From an uncultured Acidobacteriota bacterium (GTDB lineage: Bacteria > Acidobacteriota > Terriglobia > UBA7540), in contig CAWDSK010000003.1 in assembly GCA_963804995.1 (NCBI GenBank), positions 1,152,001-1,216,000 on the forward strand: DNA of 64,000 nucleotides. The letters are read 5' to 3'. The position numbers and the translations under genes are program-made. Below are positions 32,844 through 41,614 of the stretch, one piece after another. Numbering within the stretch: the first letter of the stretch is position 1; each line of letters opens with the position of its first letter. The notes under the pieces were generated by a model. The model made no database searches, was not told the DNA's origin, and saw only the letters and a list, made by a program, of their open reading frames with translations.

Positions 32844-32952
32844 CCCGCATTTCTCCCCGCGGTGGCAACGAAGATTCTTGAGGTCAGCGGCGCCCCGACT
32901 CGTCGGGGCGATTCACGTCATCTCATCGCACCAGAATCGCTCAGGCACTCCC

Positions 32953-33624
32953 TCAGAGACTCGGTATGGAAATTGAGCCCAGGTCTGACGAGAGCAGGAT
33001 CCGGCTCACTTTCTTGAGGTACGGACTGGGCGCATCGGTGGCTGGAAACTCGAACGCGCAAACGTCAAACTTAACATTTTGCATTTGAACAGCATGCTGA
33101 GTGAAGATGATCCGGCAATTGGTAAAGCTGCCATTTCCCAAAAAACCCTCGTCGAAGAGGATGGTTTTATCGAATTCTCGTATTCCCCTCATAATGCCTA
33201 CACTCAAGATCTCGCTCAACGCCTTGGGCTGCTCTCCCTGCGGGACCTTGGGCGCCATATGGAAGCTTGCGAATTGAAGAAACCGCAGAACCGTGGGCCA
33301 GTAATCCGTAGCGGATTCATCCGTCTGCCGCAATTTGCCGGTTAGGGAGGTCAGCGTTGCCTGGTCCACCACGGCCGCGGGACTGGATTGTTCGATAACG
33401 TGCCGCAATTGCTGCAAAGAGTGCTGGAACGCCTTCTGGTCTAAATAGCTGATTTGCTCCAGAGTGAGCGCTGGGCGGTTCGCGTCGACCTTCTCCGGTC
33501 CTTCCGCGGAATTCACCGTACGGTTGCCGGTGCACGCGCCCAGGCTCACCATCGACAGGCAAGCTGCACTTAGAAAAATCGCGACGAGCGGGCGGTTCCT
33601 ATTTACAGCAGGCATTGTGGTCAT
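32953..33624 (-). CDS. Hypothetical lipoprotein
   Basis: Hydrophobic N-terminus ending in an LGAC lipobox; C-terminal FTNCRIIF/VKFDVCAF repeats. Confidence 0.6.
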   Translation of the reverse strand: MTTMPAVNRNRPLVAIFLSAACLSMVSLGACTGNRTVNSAEGPEKVDANRPALTLEQISYLDQKAFQHSLQQLRHVIEQSSPAAVVDQATLTSLTGKLRQTDESATDYWPTVLRFLQFASFHMAPKVPQGEQPKALSEILSVGIMRGIREFDKTILFDEGFLGNGSFTNCRIIFTQHAVQMQNVKFDVCAFEFPATDAPSPYLKKVSRILLSSDLGSISIPSL

Positions 33625-33750
33625 AAGGGTAGGCTCCTGCAGGGTCAGTAATCCACACCCCTCCAGAAATTGGGTGTGTCCAGAGGGTGCCGGTCGGGCG
33701 CTCTTCTGCGCAAGAGCAGGCGTCGACCGCCGCTCCCGCGGGGCACGACC

Positions 33751-35202
33751 TTATGGAACGTAGTCGGTGCCTCTCCAGTAATTCGGGACGGTCACGTACT
33801 CGAAGCGATTGGGATTGGCTTTCACTAACGCGTCTGCCTCGGAGTTCCACAGAGTGCCATGTCCGATCGTGCCGTTGCCGTACATGTTGTTATCCTGCAC
33901 GACGGTCTGATCCAGGATGTAGTTGCTGAAGCCTTGGCCGTTTCGGGAAATTTCGTCTTCGCCTTGCCGCCAGGTCGCATGTTGCTGGTCGTGTTGGATG
34001 TCTTCGGCTCTTGCCCGCGCCATGGTGTCGGCGCCGATCTGTTTAGTATGGGCAATCTGTTGCTGTGTGAACGCCTCCAGTGCCTGCGTGTGAGCCTCCA
34101 TGATCTGATGAAACTGGGCCGTCTGAACGTTGACCTGGCTTTGCACACGCTGCTCATCCACTCGGTAGCTGGCCATAATGGCAGCAGAGATGGCACGTTG
34201 CCGTTCCGTGGCGCCCAAGGGAAGCTGATATTGCGAAACGATGTAGGAGTATCCGCCTTTTTGATCAGGCTGCGACCTACACAGCAACTCCGCCAACTCC
34301 CTCATAGTTTTGCCGTCAGCATTAACCTGGCCGGTGGCGTTCACGCATTGCCCTTGTGACCCCTCGATGGGCTTTACGCTATCAACCTTAAGCGGAGCCG
34401 GACCGGCGCCAGCGGTAGCCCGCATCCGCTGAAAAAGGTCGGGGAAGGCCCTCGTCATGTCGGCGTTATAGGGATAGATAACGATAAAGGGAAGGGGCTT
34501 GACCCCCATGCGCATTTGGCTCTGGAAGGCGGGGGCCCTGGGATCTTGCCCCATAAAGCGCAGGTTAAGCGCAATCTTCTCCCCTTGGGGACCGTTGACC
34601 ACCGCGGTTCCGCCTTTGCTCCACTGATCCACGCTCCACCCGTCGGGAAGGCTGACCGTGGCGGTGCTGTCAGACAAGCTAACCGTGTGCATGGGGGGAA
34701 GGGTTACTCCGCCGCCCGCGCCTGGTTGCGCCGGGGCTTTTCCCGCCGGGGCTGGCGCAACTCCGCCCGGATGCCACACGCCGAACAACTGGCTCAGCAG
34801 GGGATTCATGGTCGAGCCAAAACGCGCCGCCGCATCGCTCACCAAGGCTGCTTCCACCGCCTTGGGACCGGTCTGAGAAGCGATCAGCATGCCCGCCACG
34901 GGGACGTTGCCCCCCGCATGGTTGGTTACCGTAAAAAACACCGCGTCCGAATTGCTGCCCCGCACCCGAAAGACTTTTCCCACTTGTGGCTTTTCGCCAA
35001 CGCCGTTCTGCACGTTGTGCAGAATGCGGGCCATGGCCATGGCCGGGGTAGTGGCCCCCTCTACCAGTCCGTAGGTAATCATTCCGCCTTGCTTACCCTG
35101 AAGAGTCGTTAGCGCAGATTGGGCCGGCGGTACAGACGAACCGGCCACTACAAAGAGCAGACTGAGAACTGCTGAGAGATAAAACCGTTTATAGCTGCAC
35201 AT
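33751..35202 (-). CDS. Secreted hypothetical protein, copy B
   Basis: 483 aa, same SD context, ends NRFEYVTVPNYWRGTDYVP as in copy A. Confidence 0.85.
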   Translation of the reverse strand: MCSYKRFYLSAVLSLLFVVAGSSVPPAQSALTTLQGKQGGMITYGLVEGATTPAMAMARILHNVQNGVGEKPQVGKVFRVRGSNSDAVFFTVTNHAGGNVPVAGMLIASQTGPKAVEAALVSDAAARFGSTMNPLLSQLFGVWHPGGVAPAPAGKAPAQPGAGGGVTLPPMHTVSLSDSTATVSLPDGWSVDQWSKGGTAVVNGPQGEKIALNLRFMGQDPRAPAFQSQMRMGVKPLPFIVIYPYNADMTRAFPDLFQRMRATAGAGPAPLKVDSVKPIEGSQGQCVNATGQVNADGKTMRELAELLCRSQPDQKGGYSYIVSQYQLPLGATERQRAISAAIMASYRVDEQRVQSQVNVQTAQFHQIMEAHTQALEAFTQQQIAHTKQIGADTMARARAEDIQHDQQHATWRQGEDEISRNGQGFSNYILDQTVVQDNNMYGNGTIGHGTLWNSEADALVKANPNRFEYVTVPNYWRGTDYVP

Positions 35203-35687
35203 GATCGTCACCCCTTTCTGTGCTTCTTCGAAGCATCCAAGCTGGTAGCCGCGGTCAGCGCCTTCCTGACCGCGGGTTCTTAAGGCGCAATGGGTATAGC
35301 AAATGAGTATCCTGGTCTTTGTCTCGTCAAGGCTGACCCGGCCGGCCGTCGAGTCGCACTCGATCCGGCATCGGAATTTTACGTCAAATCTATAGTGGCC
35401 GGAATTTCCATTTTGGACTCCGCTGCCGCCCCAAAGCGTACGTCTGACCCGTACCGAATGCAACTGCCAGTTGCGCCCGCGCCTCTCCGCGCTTCCACGG
35501 ACCGCATGGGGCCAGTTTCCACTCCCCGGAGGCTGCCAAGACTCGAAAGTAGGCTATTGATTTTCCAGGCGGCTCGAGTTTTGGCGAACCACAGGAATCC
35601 AAACCCAGCATTCTCCGCTTGACTGAGGCTGAGCAGAAGTCTAAAACCTAACCCTGCTGGAATCGTTCCAGGAAACGAGCGTGACAC

Positions 35688-38318
35688 ATGAAGCCTGATC
35701 ATCGAATCAGAAGGCGTGAGTTCCTCCAGAATGCCTGTTTGGGTGCGAGCTCGCTGCTCGCGAGGAGCAACCAATTCGGATTCGCCGATGCGGCGTTTTC
35801 GCCGGTGGGCGGGTCAACTGACATGATGCCGCCGCTGCAGGTAAGTTTAGAGCCCACCCAGAACGTGTGGATCACCCGCGAACCGGGCTCCGGATTTCAG
35901 GAGCAGCTTGCTGCGCGTGAACTCAGCCGCGGGTTGCGGAACCTGGTCTTGGCGCGCGAGCCTACTCTCGCTCTCACAACGGAAGGGCAACCCAGCGCAA
36001 CGGCACTTACCTTTTCTCTTCTGGTAGCGAAGCAGGCATTCAAGCATCCCGAAGGGTACGAGATTTCAAACGAGACGACGGCGGGCCAAGCACCGCGCGT
36101 ACGCTTGAGCGCCGCCACCCCGCAGGCAGTGCTTTACGCCGTCTTTGATTTTCTGGAGCGGCAGGGGGCGTTCTTCGGACTTGATGGAGAAGTGTATCCG
36201 CTTGATGCCGCTCGCGCGCTCAATCTGCCTCAGCCCGGTTCGCCCTGGCGTGCCCAACCGCGTTTCGATGTGCGCGGAACGCTACCCTGGCCTGATTTCT
36301 TGAATTGCGTCAGCGTCTATAACCGCGAGGATTTTCGCGCCTATCTTGAGTCGCTGCTGCGCATGCGCTTCAACACGCTGGGAATTCACGTCTACTCTAT
36401 GGCGAAACAGTGGACCGAGTCGTTTCTCTCCTTTGAATACGCTGGCGCCGGCCACCTGGCTTATACGGATACGACGGCGACGAACCGCTGGGGCTATATC
36501 CCGGAGCGCACCTCGCGATACGGAATGGGCTCGCCGCAATTCTACGCGAGCGAGGTGTTTGGCTCAGAAGTAACGACCCAGGCGCGCAATTGCTGGGAGG
36601 CCGCTGAACTCGCGCAGCAGCTTTGGCGTGAGGCGTTCCGTTACGCGGAGCAGCTCGGCATCCGCACTGGCGTGGGCTTTGAGCCTTACTCCGTTCCGGA
36701 TGAAATCGTGCAAGCCGTGCCCCCCGAGGCGTTGTTCAAAAAGAAGGACCCCAAGGATCCAGGCCCACCCATCGATCCTGAGTCGGTCGCGGCCAAGGAT
36801 ATTCTGGAGACACGGCTGGGCCAGTTGCTCGAAGCCTATCCGAACCTCGACTACGTCTGGCTCTGGGAAGATGAGGAAAGCAATTGGGCCAGCCAGAAGG
36901 TAAACATTCCGCTCTCGGTAACGCCCTTCCGGCAGGCTCATGATTTCCTCAAGCGGCAGGCGCCCGCGAAGCGCCTGGTGATTTCAGGTTGGGGCGGCGT
37001 GGTGCGGCACTTCGCCTACTTCCATCAACACCTGCCCGGTGATGTCATCTTTACTTCGCTCAATGACAGCCTGGGTTGGGACCTGGTCAGTGAGGAGTAC
37101 GCGAAGCTCGAAGGGCGTGAGCGCTGGCCCATTCCGTGGCTCGAGGACGATCCCGGCATGTGGCTGCCGCAGTTCCACGTCCACCGCCTGGCCGAAGACA
37201 TGGACCGCGCCAAAAAGTTCGGCTGTCAGGGATTGCTCGGAATCCACTGGCGCCACCGCATCATGGAAGCGAACTCAACGTTCCAGTCGCGCCGTTCCTG
37301 GGATGAGTCGCTGAAACCGGAGCCATACTTTCAGGCTCTCGCCACCGCCCAGGCGCGCGCCCCGCGGGCGGAGAAGCTTGGGCAGGTTCTAAACGACACC
37401 GACCAGAAGCGGCTAATCCTCTGCTCGTGGTCGGGGGAAATCAAGGAAGGCCATCACCAGATCCACGAATACTCCGGGGACTACGATGAAGCGTTCGAGT
37501 ACTGGAGTGGTTACGAGCCGTCTGCGGACGTAAAGAAATCCCAGGCCGCGGTGGGGCAGGAGTTGCGGAAACTCACGGAGGCTGCCTCAAGCCCGGCAGA
37601 GAAGGAACGCCTCAACTACCTCGCGCGGCACATTGAATTCCTGACGCCTTACTCTGAATCTTGGTCGCTGGCTTATCACCTGGACCTCGATCTGAAGAAG
37701 GCCAAGGAACTGAAGTCGAAGGGCCAGGCCGATGAGGCTAAGAAGCTCGTGATGAGTGAATGCGTTCCCCGCTGGTTGAAGCTAGCGCCACTGGTCCGGG
37801 AGACCCTGCTCGATTTTCAGGAGATCGTGAGCACCCGGAGCGATCAGGGAACACTCGCATCGATGCACAATAAGTATGAGCGCCTGGCGCTTTACCGCTT
37901 GCGCGCTTCCCTGAAGGAATTCCTGGGTGACTTGCCACCCGAGACGGAACGAATGTTTGAAGAAGTCCGGAGGCCTGAGGCAACAGCAGCGCCGCGCGTC
38001 TTCGTTCCTACCCGCCCCACGCTGCTTCGCCCGGGTGACCAGGTACGCCTGTGGGCGGTGGCTCCGCACGGTGACGAAGTGAATCATGTCGTACTCTATA
38101 CGCGCATGACTGAGGCTAAGGGCTGGCACTCGACGCCCATGCGCCCGGCCGGGCGGCGGCGGACCTTTCTTGGCGAGCTTGCTTGCCTGGACGCCTCGCG
38201 CCCGCTGCTCGATTACTACGTCGAAGCCGAATTCCGGGTCGGAGCCGAAAAGACCCTGGCAACCGCACCGCTCGAAGCGCCGGGAAGGTTCTATACGGCG
38301 ACGCTAGTCTCCCCATAA
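35688..38318 (+). CDS. Large Tat-exported putative glycoside hydrolase of unassigned family
   Basis: RRREFLQ; N-terminal EGYEI..AVLYAVFDFLE domain as in GH20/67/89-like enzymes; RMRFNTL; PWLEDD. Confidence 0.6.
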   Translation: MKPDHRIRRREFLQNACLGASSLLARSNQFGFADAAFSPVGGSTDMMPPLQVSLEPTQNVWITREPGSGFQEQLAARELSRGLRNLVLAREPTLALTTEGQPSATALTFSLLVAKQAFKHPEGYEISNETTAGQAPRVRLSAATPQAVLYAVFDFLERQGAFFGLDGEVYPLDAARALNLPQPGSPWRAQPRFDVRGTLPWPDFLNCVSVYNREDFRAYLESLLRMRFNTLGIHVYSMAKQWTESFLSFEYAGAGHLAYTDTTATNRWGYIPERTSRYGMGSPQFYASEVFGSEVTTQARNCWEAAELAQQLWREAFRYAEQLGIRTGVGFEPYSVPDEIVQAVPPEALFKKKDPKDPGPPIDPESVAAKDILETRLGQLLEAYPNLDYVWLWEDEESNWASQKVNIPLSVTPFRQAHDFLKRQAPAKRLVISGWGGVVRHFAYFHQHLPGDVIFTSLNDSLGWDLVSEEYAKLEGRERWPIPWLEDDPGMWLPQFHVHRLAEDMDRAKKFGCQGLLGIHWRHRIMEANSTFQSRRSWDESLKPEPYFQALATAQARAPRAEKLGQVLNDTDQKRLILCSWSGEIKEGHHQIHEYSGDYDEAFEYWSGYEPSADVKKSQAAVGQELRKLTEAASSPAEKERLNYLARHIEFLTPYSESWSLAYHLDLDLKKAKELKSKGQADEAKKLVMSECVPRWLKLAPLVRETLLDFQEIVSTRSDQGTLASMHNKYERLALYRLRASLKEFLGDLPPETERMFEEVRRPEATAAPRVFVPTRPTLLRPGDQVRLWAVAPHGDEVNHVVLYTRMTEAKGWHSTPMRPAGRRRTFLGELACLDASRPLLDYYVEAEFRVGAEKTLATAPLEAPGRFYTATLVSP

Positions 38319-38357
38319 AGGTGATTGCGGCGAAGCTAAATGCCGCAGGCTTGGCCG

Positions 38358-39800
38358 TCACTCGCAGGGTTCGATACTCTCTCCACGCAAGCGCTTAGCG
38401 TCTTCGCAGCCGATGCGTTGCATCATCTTGCGGCGCTCGGTGAAGTAGGATTCGAGTCTGCTTCCCACCATCTTGGGAACTACCACGATCTGGTTATAGG
38501 CCATGTGTTTCCAGGAAATCGGCCCCCGGTGTGGGATGAGTCCGGTTCCCCACTGAAAAACGAAGGCCAGGTTCCAGAGAATCAGGATGCCGATGGCCAG
38601 TGCCGCGGAGGCGAATGCTGCCCGCTCCTGCTTGAACCAGCCAGCCGCTTCGTTGAGGGTGACCGCCGAGCCCAGAATGAAGAAGGGCGTGAGAGAAATG
38701 AAGAAGCGATTTCCAAACGACGAGGCGCCGTGCCACTCGGGATAACACGCCACGATGCCGTACAGGGCGGCAAAAGCGGCAAGTGAGTAAATGGCCAGCT
38801 CACGGTCGTATTTCCGCAGGAGCACCAAGCCTACGAGTGCCGGGATGACGATGGGCGTCCAGGAAAGCAGTCCGTGGTTCGAGGAAACGAGGGGCTGCCA
38901 AAGGGCCAGATGGAATCCCTGGGAGAACGCGAATTCCTCGTATCCCGTTTTCCAGACGTGGCCGTAAATGATGTGCCGCGTTATCAAGGTCGGCGAAAAG
39001 GCAACGAGGCCAGCGCAAACATACAGAAGATTCGCCGAAAGAAGCTTGCGCACGGGCCTCCAGTTGCGCTCGGGAACTCTCGACTCCCGCCAGTAGCCGC
39101 GTGCCGACTCCAGGAGCGGGAGCATCAGGACAGCGAGGTTGAGATAGTACACATCCAGCATCAGGCCCGACAGCAGGCCGAGAATCGCCCACTGCCCCAG
39201 GGTGCGTCCCGTGCGAGTCCTGTGCCAGTACCAAAGAAAGATCGCGACCACGAACACCGAGTGCGCATGGGAATAAGCAGGATTGAAATACATGTAGACC
39301 GGCAGGGAGCTGGCAAGCCACATGCCGAGGGTCGCGAGAAACGCCCAGCGCGCAGGGACGTAGATACTCGCAAGGCTGAAAGAGATCGCAAGCCCCAGAA
39401 ATCCATAGAGTGCGGTCGCTAAGGCCATAGTCAGGATATAAGGCAGTGAGAAGCCATCCGCATTGACCTTTACGCCGGCTTTGGACAAAGTCACCATCAG
39501 CACATGCACGGGCGCCAACCATGGCATCCAGAGCAGGGCCGGCCCCACCGAATAGCGATTCGGCAGGTGACCGGTCGGCGTGTAGCGGGTCTGTAGATGA
39601 CCTTCCGCATCGAGTGTGGGGTTGATGAAGGGCGAGTTGGAATGAATCCAATCGTCCTCAAATCTCAGGTCGTGCTGGACCAAGTGGGATCTTGCGTAGG
39701 CGTAATAACCCACCCCGTCGCCGCGCACCAGAGGGTTGACAAACGGCAAGGTCAGCAAAAAGATAGTCACCAAAGCTCGCTGGTGGGTAGACAGTTTCAT
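38358..39800 (-). CDS. GT-C-like (PMT/ArnT-type) membrane glycosyltransferase
   Basis: GDGVGYYAY, multiple TM segments, GLLSWTP, FGNRFF. Confidence 0.72.
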   Translation of the reverse strand: MKLSTHQRALVTIFLLTLPFVNPLVRGDGVGYYAYARSHLVQHDLRFEDDWIHSNSPFINPTLDAEGHLQTRYTPTGHLPNRYSVGPALLWMPWLAPVHVLMVTLSKAGVKVNADGFSLPYILTMALATALYGFLGLAISFSLASIYVPARWAFLATLGMWLASSLPVYMYFNPAYSHAHSVFVVAIFLWYWHRTRTGRTLGQWAILGLLSGLMLDVYYLNLAVLMLPLLESARGYWRESRVPERNWRPVRKLLSANLLYVCAGLVAFSPTLITRHIIYGHVWKTGYEEFAFSQGFHLALWQPLVSSNHGLLSWTPIVIPALVGLVLLRKYDRELAIYSLAAFAALYGIVACYPEWHGASSFGNRFFISLTPFFILGSAVTLNEAAGWFKQERAAFASAALAIGILILWNLAFVFQWGTGLIPHRGPISWKHMAYNQIVVVPKMVGSRLESYFTERRKMMQRIGCEDAKRLRGESIEPCE

Positions 39801-39964
39801 GTGGTCTCAAGTTCTTCCGGCTTGGAGCCACCCGTGGGTCGATGGATAGATCCCCTTGACTGAGCCTACCGGCAGAATGCTTCCCGCTGAGCGCGGAGCA
39901 CGCCGGGTGGTGCGATCTCCCAACCCTTTCCGGGCATGATTTTCATGGGTCTACGAATCCAGCC

Positions 39965-41080
39965 TTACGAATCTGAGCCGCCTGGGGCGGCTTGGGTCCC
40001 CCGCTGGCTCAACGGCGGCAGGGCGGTTAGGAATATCGCCGTCGAGAGACTCAGAATGGGCCCGGCCACGTTAAAGAGCGCCCGGGTGGTGTTCCCCCTC
40101 GCGTTATTGTAAGCGCCCAGAGCCAAGGCTTCCGAAAACGCCAGGGCGGTGGCCAGGACCCAGGGCCGCGGCAGGCGGAGCAAACGCAGGATCCCCAGGG
40201 GCAGCAACCAGATAAAAACATACCAAAACGTGTGGTCGAGTAGGCACCCTCGCAACCCGGCAAGGAATCCGACACCGACATGCATATACTCAGCAAACTC
40301 CCAGGGCCAAACCCAACCACCGGCAACCGTCGACATGACAATGGTTACAGTTGAGAGGCTCAAGATTCCCAATGCACAGACCCAGAAGAGACGGGAGATC
40401 CGCCAACGGCTCTGCTGCACCTCGGCCAACCACCACCCCATCGCAAACAGACTGGAAAGTGGAGCGAAGGTCTCCTTGGCAAGCGCGCCAAAAATGCCCC
40501 AGAGCGGCAACAAGAACCAGCGCTCGGTTAGCAACGACCAGACCATGGCCATCACAAAACAGCTTTCGGCGGAATCGATCAGCCCAACCAGGTTGAAATT
40601 AGCGACGCAAAAATTGAGCAGGAAGAGCGTGGCGCCCAGCAAGGCCGTGGAAAAATCGAGGGTCAAAGTAAACCCGACGGATACCAACAAGCAGGCAGTG
40701 GTTGCCGTGAAAATCCCATTCGCCACCAGCAAGCCGAAGAGGGCGGGGTCCCAGGTGCCCACGTGGCCTTTGGCCAGCCAATAAAACGGCTTGGCGACGT
40801 AAGGCACCAGCACACGGTAGTAGTTCTCCGCTTGGGCAAGCCGCGTTGCGGCCCCACCCGCATCGGAGGGACGCCGTGGTTGGTGACCGAGGACGATTTC
40901 GCGATACACAGCCACATCAGAGGTCCCCTCTGACTTCCCGGGATCATAACGATTCAGGGGGGGGTACCCCAGGCCCAAGCAAATCAGAAAGAAAAGCAGC
41001 CAGAGCAGTGCTATTCGTGGAGGTATGACCAGTGAGTTCGGTTCTGCGCGACGACTTGACTCGCTGACTACTTCGGACAT
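39965..41080 (-). CDS. Polytopic membrane protein, GT-C-like
   Basis: YRVLVP loop, LAKET motif, many TM helices. Confidence 0.6.
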   Translation of the reverse strand: MSEVVSESSRRAEPNSLVIPPRIALLWLLFFLICLGLGYPPLNRYDPGKSEGTSDVAVYREIVLGHQPRRPSDAGGAATRLAQAENYYRVLVPYVAKPFYWLAKGHVGTWDPALFGLLVANGIFTATTACLLVSVGFTLTLDFSTALLGATLFLLNFCVANFNLVGLIDSAESCFVMAMVWSLLTERWFLLPLWGIFGALAKETFAPLSSLFAMGWWLAEVQQSRWRISRLFWVCALGILSLSTVTIVMSTVAGGWVWPWEFAEYMHVGVGFLAGLRGCLLDHTFWYVFIWLLPLGILRLLRLPRPWVLATALAFSEALALGAYNNARGNTTRALFNVAGPILSLSTAIFLTALPPLSQRGTQAAPGGSDS

Positions 41081-41266
41081 GAGAATTTGACCTATAAGAA
41101 AATGTCAGCCGCCGTGTAAGTCCATTCCGCAGCATTGGCAGGCAGCGTGAGGTCCAGATCCCTCTGCCCCACTGGCATCCACCTATGCCCGAATTCCGTC
41201 TTCAGTCCTGGGGCTTCGCTTCAGTATACACCCAGCACAAAGACCGGACCGGGTCACCTCGCGCCT

Positions 41267-41376
41267 GGGTAGTGGGTCAATTTGGATTGTTGTAGCAGCG
41301 TTCTCCGACCGCCGGTTTTTAGAATCAGTGAATTCGGCGATCAGAGATCGCCGCTACAGCAAAATGACCCACTACC
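41267..41376. mobile_element. MITE with GGTAGTGGGTCA inverted ends and TCGCGCCT target duplication, carrying a REP doublet
   Basis: Inverted ends; direct repeat at 41259-41266 and 41377-41384. Confidence 0.7.
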
Positions 41377-41614
41377 TCGCGCCTCGCCTATTTGCCGTCT
41401 GGAGCGGAGGCGGAAGGCGGTAGCTGCTGCTACCGCAGTCCAAAACGCCCTGCGTGCCTTTCTCCGGGGTGTCAGGCATGGTGTATACTTGCGCCCGTAG
41501 CAGAATCAAAATGGAGAGTAGGGGCTTGTTTAAAGGCAATCCTTAACATTCGAACCCGGCCAATTCTTTTCAGGCATAGCGCGATGTGGGCCGATCGCTG
41601 AAAATGATACGCAG

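Noticed and set aside
29212..33750. Integron cassette array
   Set aside because: Repeats lack RYYYAAC/GTTRRRY attC boxes and no integrase is present
29323..35202. Diversity-generating retroelement TR/VR pair
   Set aside because: No reverse transcriptase in the window, differences are not adenine-restricted, and both copies are full genes
41416..41427. ops-like GGCGGTAG element before the glycan cluster
   Set aside because: It is part of a REP-like repeat also found at unrelated sites; the other match near 48575 is on the wrong strand
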